DNA from: Actinomycetota bacterium
GTDB taxonomy: Bacteria; Actinomycetota; Actinomycetes; Nanopelagicales; Nanopelagicaceae
Length of the DNA: 64,000 nucleotides
Reading direction: 5' to 3'
Assembly: GCA_947487595.1 (NCBI GenBank)
Contig: CANKXJ010000001.1
Location: 1,689-65,688 of the forward strand
Shown here: in pieces, positions 60,633 to 64,000 of the stretch
Position numbering within the stretch: position 1 is the first letter of the stretch
Layout: every line of letters begins with the position of its first letter
The notes under the pieces: generated by a model
What the model was told of the DNA's origin: nothing
Seen by the model: only the letters and a program-made list of their open reading frames with translations
The model's database searches: none
Translations under genes and position numbers: made by a program

Positions 60633-61316
60633 ATGGCGCAGCTAATTATGATCGTTGATGATGAACCAGGGGTCCGAGCACTTCTCAATGACACCTTGCG
60701 CATCGCCGGCTTTGAGACCGTGGAAGCAACTGATGGAATGTCTGCGTTAACGCTCTTGCGAACTCATAAGCCAGATCTCTTAGTTATCGATATCAATATG
60801 CCGCTCATGGATGGATTTGAATTAGTTGAGCGCTTGCGCACCAACAATGACTTAACGCCAGTGCTTATGCTCACAGCACGTGAAGATAAAGCTGATATCA
60901 CTCGTGGCTTAAAAATTGGTGCCGATGATTATGTTGTTAAGCCCTTTGGAATTGAAGAGCTGATTCTGCGTATTAAAGCAATTTTGCGCCGTTCAACTAA
61001 AAATGTTGATGCTCCTTCTCTTCTCTCATGTGGTCCTATCTCAATCGATGATGATCAGCACTTAGTAACTTTCAACGGTGAAGGTGTAGATCTTTCGCCA
61101 ACCGAGTATCGCTTGTTACAGATTTTGATTGAGAAAAAGGGCAGAGTCCTTAGCAAGAACCTACTGCTGGACGAGGTCTGGGGAATCACTTTTGAATCTG
61201 AGAGCACTGTCGTTGACACCTATATTTCGTATCTGCGCAAGAAACTGCACCGAGATGGCTTTGAAGGTATTAAAACAGTTCGTGGTGTGGGATTTCAAAT
61301 CCAGGAGCCTAAATAG
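60633..61316 (+). CDS. OmpR/PhoP-family response regulator
   Basis: VDDE, DINMP.MDG, LTA, GADDY.VKPF, LSPTEY.LL, VVDTYISYLRKK, TVRGVG. Confidence 0.93.
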   Translation: MAQLIMIVDDEPGVRALLNDTLRIAGFETVEATDGMSALTLLRTHKPDLLVIDINMPLMDGFELVERLRTNNDLTPVLMLTAREDKADITRGLKIGADDYVVKPFGIEELILRIKAILRRSTKNVDAPSLLSCGPISIDDDQHLVTFNGEGVDLSPTEYRLLQILIEKKGRVLSKNLLLDEVWGITFESESTVVDTYISYLRKKLHRDGFEGIKTVRGVGFQIQEPK

Positions 61317-61321
61317 TCTTC

Positions 61322-62470
61322 ATGAAAAATAGAACTCGGCAACTTATCTCAACCGCTCTCATTACTTCGGTTTTATCAATTCTCATTGGCGGCTTTGCAG
61401 TGGTGAGCACATACAACAGCCAGATTGCACTTATTGATAAACACCTTGATCAAGTTGAAAGTGACATTCGCGTAAATCCGATGGATGCCGTCAGTATTGC
61501 CCTGCTCAGTATCGAACAAAACAATTTTGATTTTACTTTAGGTTTTGCAACTCCTAGCGATGAACTAACTATTTTGCGTGAATCTGTTGGCACACCACTA
61601 AATGGTCCAGATCTTCGAGTTCGCAATATTCCAATCCCTGAAGGGGATATATTGATAGTTGCTGCTTCCTTAGTAGATATCAATCGCTCTCTTGATAATA
61701 ATCTCTGGAAACTTCTAATTTTTATTATCCTTGCCAACATCCTTGCCTCGATTGCAGCATCACTCCTCTCTCGCTCTGGAGCCTTGGCACAAGAGCGAGC
61801 ACAGCGACAGAAGATGCAGGAGTTCATAGGCGATGCTGCACATGAACTGCGTACACCTATGACTGTAGTCAAGGGTTATGCCGAGCTTCTCAAAGGCAAG
61901 CAGCTAGACCCAGAACGAGAAAGTGCTGCCTTTGATCGACTCAATAGTGAGTTAAAGCGAATGGAGTTTTTGATTGGTGATTTGTTGATGTTGGCGCAGC
62001 TAGGAGAAGAAGGAAATATTGAGTTTGAAAGTATTGATATTGCCCAATTAGTACGTGAAAGCGTCTCTGACTTTAAGGAGATAGCACCCACTCATCCAGT
62101 TACAACGCAGATTGATGAGAGTGCCGTATTAGTTGGTTCTGAAAAGTATTTGCAGCGCTTTATCCAAAACGCACTAACCAATATTCGTTTACACACTCCG
62201 GCAAGTACCCCTGTTCGAGTCAGCGTTAAAGCTGAAAAGCAGATCACAATCATTATTGAAGACAGCGGCCCGGGATTGCCCCCTGAATCATATGGAGAGA
62301 AAATCCGTGGACTCAAGCGCTTTGATAGATCCCGTTCCCGAGACAATGGCGGCACTGGTCTGGGAATGAGCATCATGAACGCAGTGATTGAAAGACATAA
62401 GGGAACTTTTACTCTTCGCAAGAGCGAACTTGGTGGCTTGGCAATTGAAGTTCACCTGCCTCGCACTTAG
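61322..62470 (+). CDS. Sensor histidine kinase (2 TM, small sensor loop)
   Basis: FIGDAAHELRTP, N...N...H, DSGPG, RSR..GGTGLG. Confidence 0.9.
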   Translation: MKNRTRQLISTALITSVLSILIGGFAVVSTYNSQIALIDKHLDQVESDIRVNPMDAVSIALLSIEQNNFDFTLGFATPSDELTILRESVGTPLNGPDLRVRNIPIPEGDILIVAASLVDINRSLDNNLWKLLIFIILANILASIAASLLSRSGALAQERAQRQKMQEFIGDAAHELRTPMTVVKGYAELLKGKQLDPERESAAFDRLNSELKRMEFLIGDLLMLAQLGEEGNIEFESIDIAQLVRESVSDFKEIAPTHPVTTQIDESAVLVGSEKYLQRFIQNALTNIRLHTPASTPVRVSVKAEKQITIIIEDSGPGLPPESYGEKIRGLKRFDRSRSRDNGGTGLGMSIMNAVIERHKGTFTLRKSELGGLAIEVHLPRT

Positions 62471-62479
62471 ACTTAATGG

Positions 62480-63226
62480 GTGAAACTACTTACATTAGTG
62501 TTCTTGCTTGCCATTGGACTAGGCCTTGCCTATTGCATTCGCTCATTGCGAGCACTTCACCAAAAAGTAAATACTAGAATTGCCCGTGAAATAGCGGCAT
62601 CAACCAAAGAGTTAAAAGCAGAACTGTGGCAGTCCTATCGCCAAACTGAGGCGATGCAACAACTGCTATCCCTTCTAAAATTCAGCGCACCCGTTCCACC
62701 TACGCGCAGCTGGGCAGCGTCCCCAGATCTCCTCTTAACTCTGGCTCAATTAGTTCGCACCCATAATCCTAAATTAGTTGTTGAGCTTGGCTCAGGTGTT
62801 TCCACATTGGTAGTTGCAAAAGCTGGAGCCAAGAAAGTAATTAGTATTGATAACTCAGCCGAGTTTGCCAATAAAACCCGAGAGATTTTAAGAGAGCACA
62901 AAGTGCGTGGTGTTGAGATTAGGGTTGCAGTACTCAAAGCCCATATTGCAGGAGTTGATTGGTATGACACCGCAGTCATTAAGGATTTAAAGCGCATTGA
63001 CTTATTGATTGTTGATGGCCCACCTGGATCCAAAAATCCAGAGGCACGTATGCCAGCTCGCGCAGAGTTCATCGCCAAACTCTCACCCAAGGCAATCATT
63101 GTTATTGATGATGTTAATCGTGAAGGTGAGCGCAAGTTAGCTGAGAGTTTTGCTAAAGCCCTTCCTAATCACGTTCTCACTATCTATCCCCATGAAAAGG
63201 GCACAGCGGTAATTTCGCCTAAATAA
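62480..63226 (+). CDS. Membrane-anchored class I SAM methyltransferase
   Basis: N-terminal TM; WAASPD, VELGSGVST, LLIVDGPP, IVIDD..R. Confidence 0.82.
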   Translation: MKLLTLVFLLAIGLGLAYCIRSLRALHQKVNTRIAREIAASTKELKAELWQSYRQTEAMQQLLSLLKFSAPVPPTRSWAASPDLLLTLAQLVRTHNPKLVVELGSGVSTLVVAKAGAKKVISIDNSAEFANKTREILREHKVRGVEIRVAVLKAHIAGVDWYDTAVIKDLKRIDLLIVDGPPGSKNPEARMPARAEFIAKLSPKAIIVIDDVNREGERKLAESFAKALPNHVLTIYPHEKGTAVISPK

Positions 63227-63229
63227 CCC

Positions 63230-64000
63230 ATGCCTCTATCAATAGAACAAGCGTTAGAGCAGGCATGCGCACTCATCGTCGATACCAAAACTTTAGTGCG
63301 TGTGGTCTTATCTGGCCGCCGGCGCAATATGCAGGTAGAGCATGAGCGTATTGATATCAGAGCCGTTGAAATCAAAGGCTCAATCCTTTTACAACTCACC
63401 TACAACGATGGCAAAGCCACAACTACAAAAAATATTGCTCCAGATAAATCAGGAGTCTTGCAATTGCTCTCCAGTGGTTATGCAAATATCACCGTGGATA
63501 GCGTGGATGGATCAATGAGTGTTCGTGTGACAAAGAGTGGTGAAGCCCAGGTTCACCATGAAAAGAAGAGCTTGGAACAAAACCTCTCTCACGATAAGAA
63601 AAAGGAGCGTTTGCTTGATCCAGCCGATCCATTCTTGCGTGAAGTTGGCATTGCCGATCACAAGGGACAGATTAAACCCTCGAAAAATGATAAATACAAG
63701 CAAGTAGAAGAGTTCTTGCGCTTACTAGTACCAACCCTTAACTCTGCAATTGAAGCTGGCCAGATTGCAAAGCCAAGTAAAGACAAACCTCTTTCAATAG
63801 TTGATTTGGGTTGTGGACATGCTTATTTAACTTTTGCGGCTCACCAATACCTTAAGAGCATCGGAATGCCCGTGCATGTGACTGGTATAGATATTCGCCC
63901 GGCATCACGAGATCGCAACAATGAAATTGCCCACACCTTAGGTATTTCAGAGACAATTACTTTCAAAGCGCAAGAGATAGCTTCAACTACGGCGCAGCAA
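63230..64000 (+). CDS. SAM-dependent methyltransferase, runs off the window
   Basis: Not in ORF track. Manual translation from ATG 63230: MPLSIEQALEQ...HDKKKERLL...DKYKQVEEFL...IVDLGCGHAYLTFA. Confidence 0.82.
   Translation, partial: MPLSIEQALEQACALIVDTKTLVRVVLSGRRRNMQVEHERIDIRAVEIKGSILLQLTYNDGKATTTKNIAPDKSGVLQLLSSGYANITVDSVDGSMSVRVTKSGEAQVHHEKKSLEQNLSHDKKKERLLDPADPFLREVGIADHKGQIKPSKNDKYKQVEEFLRLLVPTLNSAIEAGQIAKPSKDKPLSIVDLGCGHAYLTFAAHQYLKSIGMPVHVTGIDIRPASRDRNNEIAHTLGISETITFKAQEIASTTAQQ

Noticed and set aside
1075-63703. Many 60-160 aa antisense or out-of-frame ORFs in the track (e.g. 2150-2575, 36057-36539, 50165-50347, 16953-17141)
   Set aside because: They are shadows of well-supported genes or the tRNA, with no motifs or start signals
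1-64000. CRISPR arrays, IS elements, prophage or defence genes
   Set aside because: No spaced repeats, transposase, integrase or phage-like ORFs seen, and almost no unexplained intergenic space

Overview
Gene-dense, moderate-GC (roughly mid-40s% by eye) chromosomal window. It has about 63 CDSs, one tRNA-Arg(CCG), and no recognisable mobile element, CRISPR array or rRNA. The gene set (whiB1, whiB2, mtrAB, pdtaS, mshB, DUF3117, DUF3499, Rv3235-like) is actinobacterial. The low GC and extreme compaction suggest a streamlined freshwater acI/Nanopelagicales-type genome (inference). Order: nucleoside salvage, acyl-CoA carboxylase/birA, purKE, a cell-envelope glycan locus (ugd, LCP, GT2, wzm/wzt, SpoIID-like), a dapD...tatB/mrp...DEAD/TetR...mshB-cysS-fdxA-dapC block, manC-whiB2-manB-ahcY-mtrAB-comF-secA, an orphan CpaB/CpaE-like pair, pdtaS/whiB1, msrAB, a LacI/PLP-enzyme/GH13 region and an OmpR-family two-component system. 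The window is mostly housekeeping, and I cannot claim a definite new system. The best leads are regulatory and architectural: pervasive leaderless promoters, including an 18-bp bidirectional pccB/birA promoter; a leaderless uORF coupled to the DEAD-box helicase; a sigma-region-4-only miniprotein near a locus where sigE/rseA are missing; an atypical AhcY behind an SD-sequestering leader; and a PhoP-box-like repeat linking the two-component system to an unknown secreted protein.
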